A stretch of 64,000 nt of DNA from an uncultured virus (IMG/VR IMGVR_UViG_3300022927_000016) (lineage: Duplodnaviria; Heunggongvirae; Uroviricota; Caudoviricetes): the IMG/VR virus record IMGVR_UViG_3300022927_000016; one strand, 5' to 3'. Position 1 is the stretch's first letter, and each line of letters starts with the position of its first letter. Positions 56,446 through 64,000 of this stretch are shown here, in pieces. The position numbers and the translations under genes were made by a program. A model generated the notes under the pieces. It was given only the letters and a program-made list of their open reading frames with translations. It ran no database searches and was not told the DNA's origin.

Positions 56446-57902
56446 CAACTTGCAGAATAGTTTTACAAGACGAAGTAAATCTAAAAATTGAAGGACTTGA
56501 AGTAGATGTTCGGAGAAAGATTGCGAACAAACTAAAGTTTCAAGTTCCTTATGCTCGTTATTTGCCTCAATATAAACTAGGTAGATGGGACGGAACTGTA
56601 GGCTTCTTTGGTTTAGGTGGCAGTGGTTATATTAATCACTTGGATGTTATTCTTCGAGTTCTACAAGAACAAGGTGTAGAAGTTGGGGATATTCAAGACA
56701 ACAGAGAAAAACATAATTTAAGTTTTCCACAAGTAACAGAACGATACTGGGCAGACCAAGGCGTTGTATGGCCTAAAGGTCATCCAGCAGAAGGCGAAGA
56801 TATTATTCTGCGTGACTATCAAGTAGAAGCAGTTAATAACTTTTTAAAAAATCCACAAAGTCTACAAGAGATTGCTACAGGTGCAGGTAAAACTATTACA
56901 ACTGCTACACTATCTCATCTATGTGAACCATACGGACGTAGTCTTGTAATTGTGCCTAACAAATCACTTGTTACACAAACAGAAGAAGATTATATTAACT
57001 GCGGACTAGACGCAGGTGTTTACTTTGGAGACCGAAAAGAACTAGGCAAAACTCATACTATCTGCACTTGGCAATCACTAAACATATTAGATAAGAAAAG
57101 CAAAAACGGTGAAGACGTCCTTACACTTGCAGAATTTTTAGATGGTGTTAGTGCTATTATTGTAGACGAAGTACACCAAGCAAAAGCAGATGTACTTAAA
57201 AAACTACTAACACAAAACTTAAAAAATGCTCCAATACGTTGGGGACTAACTGGAACTATTCCAAAAGAACAATTTGAATTTCAAAGTATTCTTGCAAGTC
57301 TCGGACCGGTTGTAGGAAGTATTACTGCAAAAGAACTACAAGACAAGGGTGTATTATCTGATTGTCACGTCAATGTTGTACAAATGATTGATACTCAAGT
57401 ACACACTGACTATCAGAGCGAATTAAAATATCTTGTTACTAACAAAGACAGGATTGAGTATATAGGCAAACTTCTTAACAATATAAAACAAACAGGCAAC
57501 ACTCTAATTTTAGTAGATAGAATTAGTGCAGGCGAAATGTTACAAGAAATTATTCCAAACTCAACTTTTGTAAAGGGTGATGTTAAATTAAAAGATCGAA
57601 AAGAAACTTATGATACAATTAAAGAAGGTACCAATGAGGTTATTATCGCTACTTATGGGGTTGCCGCTGTTGGCATTAATATTCCTCGTATTTTTAATTT
57701 GGTACTTATTGAACCCGGGAAAAGTTTTGTCCGAGTTATTCAAAGCATTGGGCGTGGAGTAAGAAAGGCAAAGGATAAAGATTTCGTACAAATATGGGAT
57801 ATAACTTCAACTTGTAAGTATGCAAAGAGGCATCTTACTGAACGTAAAAAGTTTTACAAAGAAGCACAATATCCATTCACAATAGAAAAAGTAGATTGGT
57901 AA
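56442..57902 (+). CDS. uvsW: SF2 DNA helicase
   Basis: W.G, LRDYQ, ATGAGKT, VDEVH, GLTGT, G.NIP, QSIGRG.R, H..ER...Y. Confidence 0.93.
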   Translation: MTTCRIVLQDEVNLKIEGLEVDVRRKIANKLKFQVPYARYLPQYKLGRWDGTVGFFGLGGSGYINHLDVILRVLQEQGVEVGDIQDNREKHNLSFPQVTERYWADQGVVWPKGHPAEGEDIILRDYQVEAVNNFLKNPQSLQEIATGAGKTITTATLSHLCEPYGRSLVIVPNKSLVTQTEEDYINCGLDAGVYFGDRKELGKTHTICTWQSLNILDKKSKNGEDVLTLAEFLDGVSAIIVDEVHQAKADVLKKLLTQNLKNAPIRWGLTGTIPKEQFEFQSILASLGPVVGSITAKELQDKGVLSDCHVNVVQMIDTQVHTDYQSELKYLVTNKDRIEYIGKLLNNIKQTGNTLILVDRISAGEMLQEIIPNSTFVKGDVKLKDRKETYDTIKEGTNEVIIATYGVAAVGINIPRIFNLVLIEPGKSFVRVIQSIGRGVRKAKDKDFVQIWDITSTCKYAKRHLTERKKFYKEAQYPFTIEKVDW

Positions 57903-57910
57903 GGAGATAC

Positions 57911-58417
57911 ATGAATATACTAACATTAGATAATAAATCATTTTCTTTAAACAACTTGCCTGAACAAATCGAAGAAGACATTAGATTCAGTGTTTTGGAT
58001 AATAGTAATCCAAAAGAACCTGACTTCTTTTTTATTCCTTTGATTTTTTTGGAGTCATTTAGTTCACCTGCGATTGTTTTAGAAATTGCAGGAAAAGAAG
58101 TGAGTATGCCATTAGATTGGCATATTGCAGTAGGAGATAGTTCAAGTGGAAACGACTTAGAAGTTCTTCCACTAACATCAATTAACGATAGAGGATTTGA
58201 AGCATTCGTCTTTAATCCATTAACAAGTTTCAAACCAGACTTTGCAGAATTAAAAGTTATTAATTTTTACAATGATGTGAAGTGGCACGTACCAAAAACT
58301 AAAAACGGACAACTACTAAGTGTTCCTATTACAGAAGGCGATGATCCGTTCTGTGCATTCTTTATTAAAGACATTAGTAGACAGATTGAAACTATTGATT
58401 ACGGAGAACTGTTTTAA
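57911..58417 (+). CDS. Hypothetical protein
   Basis: aaggag SD; beta-rich ORF directly after uvsW. Confidence 0.6.
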   Translation: MNILTLDNKSFSLNNLPEQIEEDIRFSVLDNSNPKEPDFFFIPLIFLESFSSPAIVLEIAGKEVSMPLDWHIAVGDSSSGNDLEVLPLTSINDRGFEAFVFNPLTSFKPDFAELKVINFYNDVKWHVPKTKNGQLLSVPITEGDDPFCAFFIKDISRQIETIDYGELF

Positions 58418-58965
58418 TGGTGCACACTCTTTCGGATCATTATAGACGTCAACTTCTAAAGTTACATCATACTAAGAATTCGTTTGGTTCGAAGTCTTGG
58501 TATAAAGGACTTGACGAGTTCTTTGAAAAATATGAACCGGAGAGTGTAATTGATTACGGTTGTGGTAAAGGTAAGTTGTTAGAATCTATTAAAACACGAT
58601 ATCAAATTAAGGGAGTGGGATACGATCCTGGTGTAATTGAATTTATGACAACCCCGACTGAGCCTGCAGATGTGCTAGTATGTACAGATGTATTAGAACA
58701 CATTGAACCTAATTTTATCGATACAGTGCTTTCACAAATCGATAAGTTATATACAAAAGGAGCATGGCTATTAATAGATACTGCTCCAGCAATTAAGTTT
58801 TTAGCAGACGGAAGAAATGCTCATCTAATACTTGAAGATAAAGAATGGTGGGATGATAAAGTAAAAACAATAATGATTAATAGTACTATTGTTTCTAGTA
58901 AGTTTAAAAAAAATAAAGTTATAATGGAGGTGTGTAAAAATGGAACCGATACTAATAAGTCCTAA
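58417..58965 (+). CDS. Class I SAM-dependent methyltransferase
   Basis: VIDYGCGKG, GYDP, D..VCTDVLEHI, GRNAHL....WW. Confidence 0.88.
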   Translation: MVHTLSDHYRRQLLKLHHTKNSFGSKSWYKGLDEFFEKYEPESVIDYGCGKGKLLESIKTRYQIKGVGYDPGVIEFMTTPTEPADVLVCTDVLEHIEPNFIDTVLSQIDKLYTKGAWLLIDTAPAIKFLADGRNAHLILEDKEWWDDKVKTIMINSTIVSSKFKKNKVIMEVCKNGTDTNKS

Positions 58966-59575
58966 TTTAGTTTATAAGGCACATTGTCCTATAGATATGA
59001 CTAATATTGCTGAACGTGGTGCTAAACTTCTCGATACTATTGTTGACCCTGGCGAAGTTGAACAAGAAGGTGGCATAACAAGTACTGGACATCTAGATGC
59101 TCCACATATGTGGGAAGAAACACAATTATTAAACAAGTGGCTTAGAGTACAAGCAGAAAAGGTTTTAAATCTTTGGGATTTAAAATTTAATACATTTGGA
59201 GTTACTAAGAGTTGGGTTAATAGTCATTATCACGGAGCATGGACTGATTCACACGATCACGGTGACAGTCACTTAGTATGTTCAGTATACTTGAAACAAC
59301 CGCCACACGGTGGCAACTTAGAATTTGAAAATCTTGGTCGTTCAATGTTTGCAAGTTATCCACGTTTCCCTCAAAACAACAGTAGTCTACATAATTATTA
59401 TACAGAAGTAGAAGTAAACCAAGGAGATGTTGTTTTCTTTCCTGGCTGGTTAAGTCATAAAAGTCAACCAAATAACAGTATGGAACGAAGAATAGTAATG
59501 GGTATGAATTGGCACTGTTCTTTTGAAAGACCACCACAAATGAATAACAATCATATTACTAAGGACGCGGCCTAA
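58940..59575 (+). CDS. 2OG-Fe(II) oxygenase (TIGR02466-like)
   Basis: SWVN, HDH, SVYL, GG.L.F, GD.VFFPGWL.H...PN.S..RR....N. Confidence 0.85.
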   Translation: MEPILISPNLVYKAHCPIDMTNIAERGAKLLDTIVDPGEVEQEGGITSTGHLDAPHMWEETQLLNKWLRVQAEKVLNLWDLKFNTFGVTKSWVNSHYHGAWTDSHDHGDSHLVCSVYLKQPPHGGNLEFENLGRSMFASYPRFPQNNSSLHNYYTEVEVNQGDVVFFPGWLSHKSQPNNSMERRIVMGMNWHCSFERPPQMNNNHITKDAA

Positions 59576-60288
59576 TGTTTAGTATTTGGAAGAAACCCTC
59601 AACTATTACATTAGATTGTTTTACAGACCAACGAGTTATTCATGATGCATACGAACCAGTACTTGCTAAAGACTGGATGCCAGACTGGTGGAAAAAAATG
59701 CCTGCTACACGTAAATTTGATAGCAGAACATTCCAAGGACTAGACAACGCTACACTAAAACGTTGTCCTCATGTCAATCAACTTTTAACTACAGGTGTAA
59801 TTTTTCCTGCGTGGATGCAATTACAAATTAAAACTTTTGATAGAGTTGATCAAGCAATGATTCAAACCTATCCTGAAAATAGTCCTGTTATTCCTCATGA
59901 CCCGCAAGACTATGCTCATCATAAACCAAATATGTTTCATGGTAAAGTTATGAGTCCTTGGCAGATTAGAGATAAGAGCGGAATTGACTGGATGTGGATG
60001 GCACCACAATGGCATCAAACAAATCCTTTAGAATATTGGACAGTTCCAGCAATAACAGAATTTAAGTATCAACACGCTTCACTAGTAAACATTATGATTC
60101 CATTTAATACAGAATTAAAAGTTGAACCTGGAGATCCTTGGTTACATTTAGTTCCACTCTCTGATAAAAGAATAAACATTAAAACTCACTTAGTAACAAG
60201 TCAAGAACTAGCAAAACTAAACAGTCTAATGATGGGTGTTGGTAGTTATGCAAAGTTTATGACTAGGATGAAAAGGAAAGGCAAATGA
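59575..60288 (+). CDS. Conserved phage hypothetical protein, paralog of 17073..17774
   Basis: PDWWKKMP, TLKRCP, SPW, GDP..HLVP. Confidence 0.55.
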   Translation: MFSIWKKPSTITLDCFTDQRVIHDAYEPVLAKDWMPDWWKKMPATRKFDSRTFQGLDNATLKRCPHVNQLLTTGVIFPAWMQLQIKTFDRVDQAMIQTYPENSPVIPHDPQDYAHHKPNMFHGKVMSPWQIRDKSGIDWMWMAPQWHQTNPLEYWTVPAITEFKYQHASLVNIMIPFNTELKVEPGDPWLHLVPLSDKRINIKTHLVTSQELAKLNSLMMGVGSYAKFMTRMKRKGK

Positions 60289-60398
60289 CTGTCGGCGCTG
60301 GTATAGGTTTATTTTTTATAGGAATGATAGCAACCGTTGTGGTTATGTACATTATTATTCGAGCACAAGAAAACGAAAGCAAAGGAGACGACGAATGA
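60285..60398 (+). CDS. Small single-pass membrane protein (37 aa), not in ORF track
   Basis: ATGA overlaps at both ends; MTVGAGIGLFFIGMIATVVVMYIIIRAQENESKGDDE. Confidence 0.65.
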   Translation: MTVGAGIGLFFIGMIATVVVMYIIIRAQENESKGDDE

Positions 60399-60748
60399 AA
60401 GCAGGAAAGATTTGGGGTCAAACAGAATTGATCCATGCAAACGGTGTACTAGAATTTCATCGTATAGAATTTAAAAAAGGTTTCAAGTGTAGCGAACACG
60501 AACACAAATATAAGTGGAACGGATTCTTTGTGGAGTCAGGCAAGATGATTGTGCGTGTATGGCAAGATGCTGATCAAGAAGGTCTAGTTGATGAAACAAT
60601 ATTAGGTCCAGGCGAGTTTACACAGGTCAAGCCGGGCAAGATTCATCAATTTGAAGGTGTAGAAGATGGTGTAGCATTTGAACTGTATTGGGCAGAATTT
60701 AATCATGACGATATAGTAAGAAGAACAGTAGGTACAAAAATTAAGTAA
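60395..60748 (+). CDS. Cupin-fold protein
   Basis: GKIWG.T, CSEH.H..K.NGF.VESG, PG.IHQF, FELY. Confidence 0.75.
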   Translation: MKAGKIWGQTELIHANGVLEFHRIEFKKGFKCSEHEHKYKWNGFFVESGKMIVRVWQDADQEGLVDETILGPGEFTQVKPGKIHQFEGVEDGVAFELYWAEFNHDDIVRRTVGTKIK

Positions 60749-60975
60749 TGGTAAAGATATACGAATCCCCAGATGGAGGTAATACGATTTTTGAACGTGA
60801 TACTTGCACAGGGGCTCGTGTTCTTATTGAAGAACTAGAATATCCTGATTGGTATTTGAGTGAATTAGAACTAAGTGAAATAGTAGATTATGCAAATGAA
60901 GGAAATAAGTCTTTACAAATACAACTAAAGAAGTTAAAATTAATGTATAATCTTATAAAAGAAAGTAACTGGTAA
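60748..60975 (+). CDS. Hypothetical protein
   Basis: IYESPDGG.T..ER motif seen in small T4-like phage proteins. Confidence 0.55.
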   Translation: MVKIYESPDGGNTIFERDTCTGARVLIEELEYPDWYLSELELSEIVDYANEGNKSLQIQLKKLKLMYNLIKESNW

Positions 60976-61553
60976 TGAGAGATCCTAATAGAATTTTTGA
61001 AATAGAAAAACCATTTCCAGACTGGATGGTAAAGTATATTGAAGATCAAACTACTGATGTTGATTGGAAGTTTGTTCATGTTCCTGAAGAAGACGAAGTA
61101 GGCAATAACTACAAAACACCTGCACTGTTTACTAATGTGATGTACTGCACACAGAGTGGTATACTTGATGATTGGAAAGAACTAAGCAAGATGTTACATA
61201 CAGCATTGTGTATGAAAATTATTCCTGATTATATTCCGGACGCACACGTTAATCAAGTTACACGTACACGATTAAATGGAACAGTTAAAGGCGTGTATTA
61301 TGGTCCTCATAACGACGTAGCAAATGGACAGCCAGGATTATGGACGTTTGTTTATTATGTAAATGATGCAGACGGAGATACTATTTTCTTTTCAGATGAC
61401 GGCAAAACTGAAATGAAAAGAACAAAATATAAAAAAGGAAATGCAGTTTTATTTCCTGCACATTATTGGCATACTATGGACGTGACAAATGTTCCGTTAC
61501 GTGTTAGTATAGGAATGACATACAGTATAGAGACAAAACTAAATGACGAATAA
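60975..61553 (+). CDS. 2OG-Fe(II) oxygenase
   Basis: PHND (HxD), VYYVNDADGDT.FF, KG.AVLFP...H, R.SI. Confidence 0.8.
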   Translation: MRDPNRIFEIEKPFPDWMVKYIEDQTTDVDWKFVHVPEEDEVGNNYKTPALFTNVMYCTQSGILDDWKELSKMLHTALCMKIIPDYIPDAHVNQVTRTRLNGTVKGVYYGPHNDVANGQPGLWTFVYYVNDADGDTIFFSDDGKTEMKRTKYKKGNAVLFPAHYWHTMDVTNVPLRVSIGMTYSIETKLNDE

Positions 61554-61989
61554 ATTACCTTTAAAAGATATTCTAGGTGCAATTGATATGGGCGCCAGAG
61601 AAGTATGGGACGAACTTGATGACGAGCAAAAGAAGTCTGTTTCTTTTTATTTGCTTAATCGTTATTGTAGTGTAGTCAAGGGTAAACGTGAAGCACAAGA
61701 ACTTGCAGTGTTTAAGACAAATGAATATTATAACAAGCATTACTTTACACTTGCTAAACATCAAAAACTATTATGGCAACTGTTATGCTTAACTTCAAAT
61801 GCAGAAAAGAAGATACAATATCACGAATGGATTGGCTACAAGAAAAAAGGAGCCAATACTAGTAAGTTAGGAAAAGAATTAGAAAAAATATTTCCTAATA
61901 TGAAAACAGATGAAATTCAGATGCTTGTTGATATGAATAGTAAAAAAGAAGTTGAAAAATATATTGAGGAATTCAATGGTAAAAACTAA
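61543..61989 (+). CDS. Probable clamp loader small subunit (gp62-like)
   Basis: L.AID......Y.LNR..S.....N......W...K pattern resembling gp62. Confidence 0.5.
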   Translation: MTNKLPLKDILGAIDMGAREVWDELDDEQKKSVSFYLLNRYCSVVKGKREAQELAVFKTNEYYNKHYFTLAKHQKLLWQLLCLTSNAEKKIQYHEWIGYKKKGANTSKLGKELEKIFPNMKTDEIQMLVDMNSKKEVEKYIEEFNGKN

Positions 61990-62779
61990 TGGAAGATTAT
62001 TTACATTTGGTTGTAGCCTAACAAGATATCACTGGCCTACATGGGCAGACATCTTAGGACAAAGTTATAAAGAATTTTACAACTGGGCAAATCGAGGCGC
62101 AGGCAATCGACAAATATTTGAAAGGTTTTCAGAGTTTTTAAGTAAGACTGATCTTTCAGTTGACGATGTTATTGTTATTCAATGGACAGACTTTCATAGA
62201 TTTGATTATCACATATGGGATGAAGAAGCACACGAAACTTGGTATCCTGGAGGAAGTTTATTTGCAAATGTAGAACAGGATCCTATGAAAGGATTTGTAG
62301 TGTCTAAAGTTTGGGAAGAAGAAAGTTATAAGATGCACTCTTTTAATTTTATTCATGCGGCAGTTAGTTTGGCTAGGAATACACCGTGCAAGATACTAAT
62401 GACATTTTCGCAAGACTTTAGACCAGATTTAAATATGAGTTATTGGAAAAACTACAAAAAGATTTTACAAAATAGTTATTGGATTGAAGGTGATATGTAC
62501 AACTGGCTCTGTGAATTACACGATGGAAGGTTGTCATTTTCGGGAGCAAAGCCTGGAGACTTAGCAGAAGATAAACATATGGATTATCATCCAACTCCTA
62601 TTATGTATTACAAATGGCTCAAAGAAAAAGTCAGTACAAAGTTAGGAATTCAAATTGATTTAGAGTTTGCAACTAAAATGCAAAATGCTGTTCAAAAAGT
62701 AGAACGATATCAAGACATTGGGCAAGCAGTTTTAGATGCAGGATATGATACTAACAAACATTACGTTAGAGGTTACTAA
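61976..62779 (+). CDS. SGNH/GDSL-like protein, third paralog
   Basis: RLFTFGCSLT.Y.WPTWADILG, GAGNR.I, IQWT...RFD, DYHP. Confidence 0.55.
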   Translation: MVKTNGRLFTFGCSLTRYHWPTWADILGQSYKEFYNWANRGAGNRQIFERFSEFLSKTDLSVDDVIVIQWTDFHRFDYHIWDEEAHETWYPGGSLFANVEQDPMKGFVVSKVWEEESYKMHSFNFIHAAVSLARNTPCKILMTFSQDFRPDLNMSYWKNYKKILQNSYWIEGDMYNWLCELHDGRLSFSGAKPGDLAEDKHMDYHPTPIMYYKWLKEKVSTKLGIQIDLEFATKMQNAVQKVERYQDIGQAVLDAGYDTNKHYVRGY

Positions 62780-63462
62780 TGTCAGATAAACCGTTTGTTT
62801 GTCAATATTGTAATGTAGGTTACACAAGAGAAAAGACTCTTGCTGTTCATATGTGTGAGCAAAAACGTAGAGCATTACAAAAAGGCGAGAAGCACGTTCA
62901 GTTAGGCTATTATGCGTTCACAAGGTTTTATCAACTATGTCAAAATTTGAAAGGTACAAAGACCTATGAAGAATTCTGTAAGTCTACCTATTATAATGCT
63001 TTTGTTAAGTTTGGTTCCTTTGTTTCAAATGTACGACCGCTATATCCAGAAAAGTATGTTGACTATGTGGTCACATCAGGAGTCAAACTTGATCACTGGT
63101 GCCGAGACGAACTATACGAAAAGTACGCACTCGAACTTATCAAAAAAGAAGGTGTCGAAACAGCAGTTGAACGTTCAATCAAAACCATGATGGATTGGGC
63201 TGATGCAAATAATGCTCCGTGGACTCATTATTTCCGTTATGCAAGTTTAAACAGAGTAACACAACATTTACGAGATGGCAAAATTAGTCCATGGCTTGTG
63301 TTGAACTGTAAGAGTGGAAAAGAGATGCTAGGCAAATTTAACGACGAACAACTGGCTATTGTATATCCTGTAATGGATCCACAGCATTGGGCATTACGGT
63401 TTAAGCGTAGTCCTGCTGATATTGAATTGGTAAAAGAAATTGCAGAAAAGGCTAGACTTTAA
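62779..63462 (+). CDS. Hypothetical protein with N-terminal C2HC/C2H2-type zinc finger
   Basis: FVCQYC...Y..E..L..H.C. Confidence 0.6.
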   Translation: MSDKPFVCQYCNVGYTREKTLAVHMCEQKRRALQKGEKHVQLGYYAFTRFYQLCQNLKGTKTYEEFCKSTYYNAFVKFGSFVSNVRPLYPEKYVDYVVTSGVKLDHWCRDELYEKYALELIKKEGVETAVERSIKTMMDWADANNAPWTHYFRYASLNRVTQHLRDGKISPWLVLNCKSGKEMLGKFNDEQLAIVYPVMDPQHWALRFKRSPADIELVKEIAEKARL

Positions 63463-63481
63463 CAATATTAGATGTTATAAT
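63453..63481 (+). promoter_or_regulatory. Sigma70-type promoter
   Basis: TAGACT-17 nt-TATAAT with TG extension, 7 nt before ATG 63489. Confidence 0.6.
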
Positions 63482-63488
63482 AAAAAAC

Positions 63489-63815
63489 ATGAACGACACA
63501 TTTAACAAAGATTATGAATCTAGGACAATAGAGATAGCATCTAATCATGTAGGACCTAATGGTGAAAGTATTGATCGTATTTACGGCAGTCCGGCTAGTG
63601 GCGGAACATTAAGATTAGTTAATAGAGACTATACAACATACAAAGGTACTATAACTAAAAAAAGTATTACTAGTAAAGGTATTGATGGTAATAATTTTAG
63701 AACTCATGTTTATGTCACAGATGATAATCGATGGTTTGATAGAACAGGAATGCCAATATCAAAAGATAGTGTAAAACTTGACAAAGAGGAGGTTCATGAT
63801 GCTACACAAGATTAG
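63489..63815 (+). CDS. Hypothetical protein
   Basis: 108-aa ORF downstream of promoter. Confidence 0.55.
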   Translation: MNDTFNKDYESRTIEIASNHVGPNGESIDRIYGSPASGGTLRLVNRDYTTYKGTITKKSITSKGIDGNNFRTHVYVTDDNRWFDRTGMPISKDSVKLDKEEVHDATQD

Positions 63816-63999
63816 TCAACTATGCGATAAAATTGACTCACTGAAACTAGATGCTGACAGACTACGAAAAGCAAAGTACGAAAAACCAAAGCGAACAGAT
63901 GCAGAAATTAATCAACTTATTTCACAAATACAATCAGATTGCTATTTGATTTCGCAAGACAAAACACCATATGAAAAAAACGAACAAGAAACAACATAA
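63796..63999 (+). CDS. Hypothetical protein
   Basis: gaggagg SD before ATG 63796/63799; helical. Confidence 0.5.
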   Translation: MMLHKISQLCDKIDSLKLDADRLRKAKYEKPKRTDAEINQLISQIQSDCYLISQDKTPYEKNEQETT

Positions 64000-64000
64000 A

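Noticed and set aside
32902..57902. Inteins or introns in terminase, UvsX or UvsW
   Set aside because: Protein lengths are ordinary, motifs are contiguous, and no Hint-type splice junctions were seen.
57911..58417. Possible Hint-like fold in the ORF after uvsW
   Set aside because: Only a vague beta-rich impression; no N-terminal Cys/Ser or C-terminal His-Asn, so it is left as hypothetical.
1..64000. Stop-codon reassignment, CRISPR array, tRNA genes, DGR template/variable repeats
   Set aside because: Genes are full length in the standard code with TAA, TAG and TGA all used as stops. Intergenic gaps are short. I saw no spaced direct repeats, cloverleafs, reverse transcriptase or adenine-specific repeat pairs, though a scan by eye could miss weak cases.

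Overview
The whole window is a gene-dense, AT-rich segment of a large T4-like (myovirus-type) bacteriophage genome read in the standard code. I cannot identify the host from the sequence. Core genes are neck gp13/gp14/gp15-like, dNMP kinase, tail sheath, tail tube, gp4-like head completion, small and large terminase, gp32 SSB, UvsX, UvsY, UvsW and a probable gp62. Three accessory blocks sit among them. (i) Cys/Gly-rich gp38-like adhesins and chaperone-like genes are followed by nitrilase, GT9, two SGNH-like genes and a carbamoyltransferase. (ii) An ADP-heptose cassette (hldE, hldD, cupin, Nudix) lies downstream of the neck genes. (iii) A ~15 kb glycan and small-molecule tailoring island carries a DUF579-like methyltransferase, glycosyltransferases, 2OG-Fe(II) oxygenases, a PLP enzyme, an amidinotransferase and two radical SAM enzymes. 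Four signals stand out: two phycobiliprotein-like CxRD domains in a 2223-aa virion protein; an aminoglycoside-like guanidino-sugar enzyme set; a recurring TAAATA-N5-ATG arrangement implying leaderless late mRNAs; and internal head proteins with a T4-type capsid-targeting peptide and protease-site-delimited modules. All family calls are motif recognition by eye. No database searches were run.
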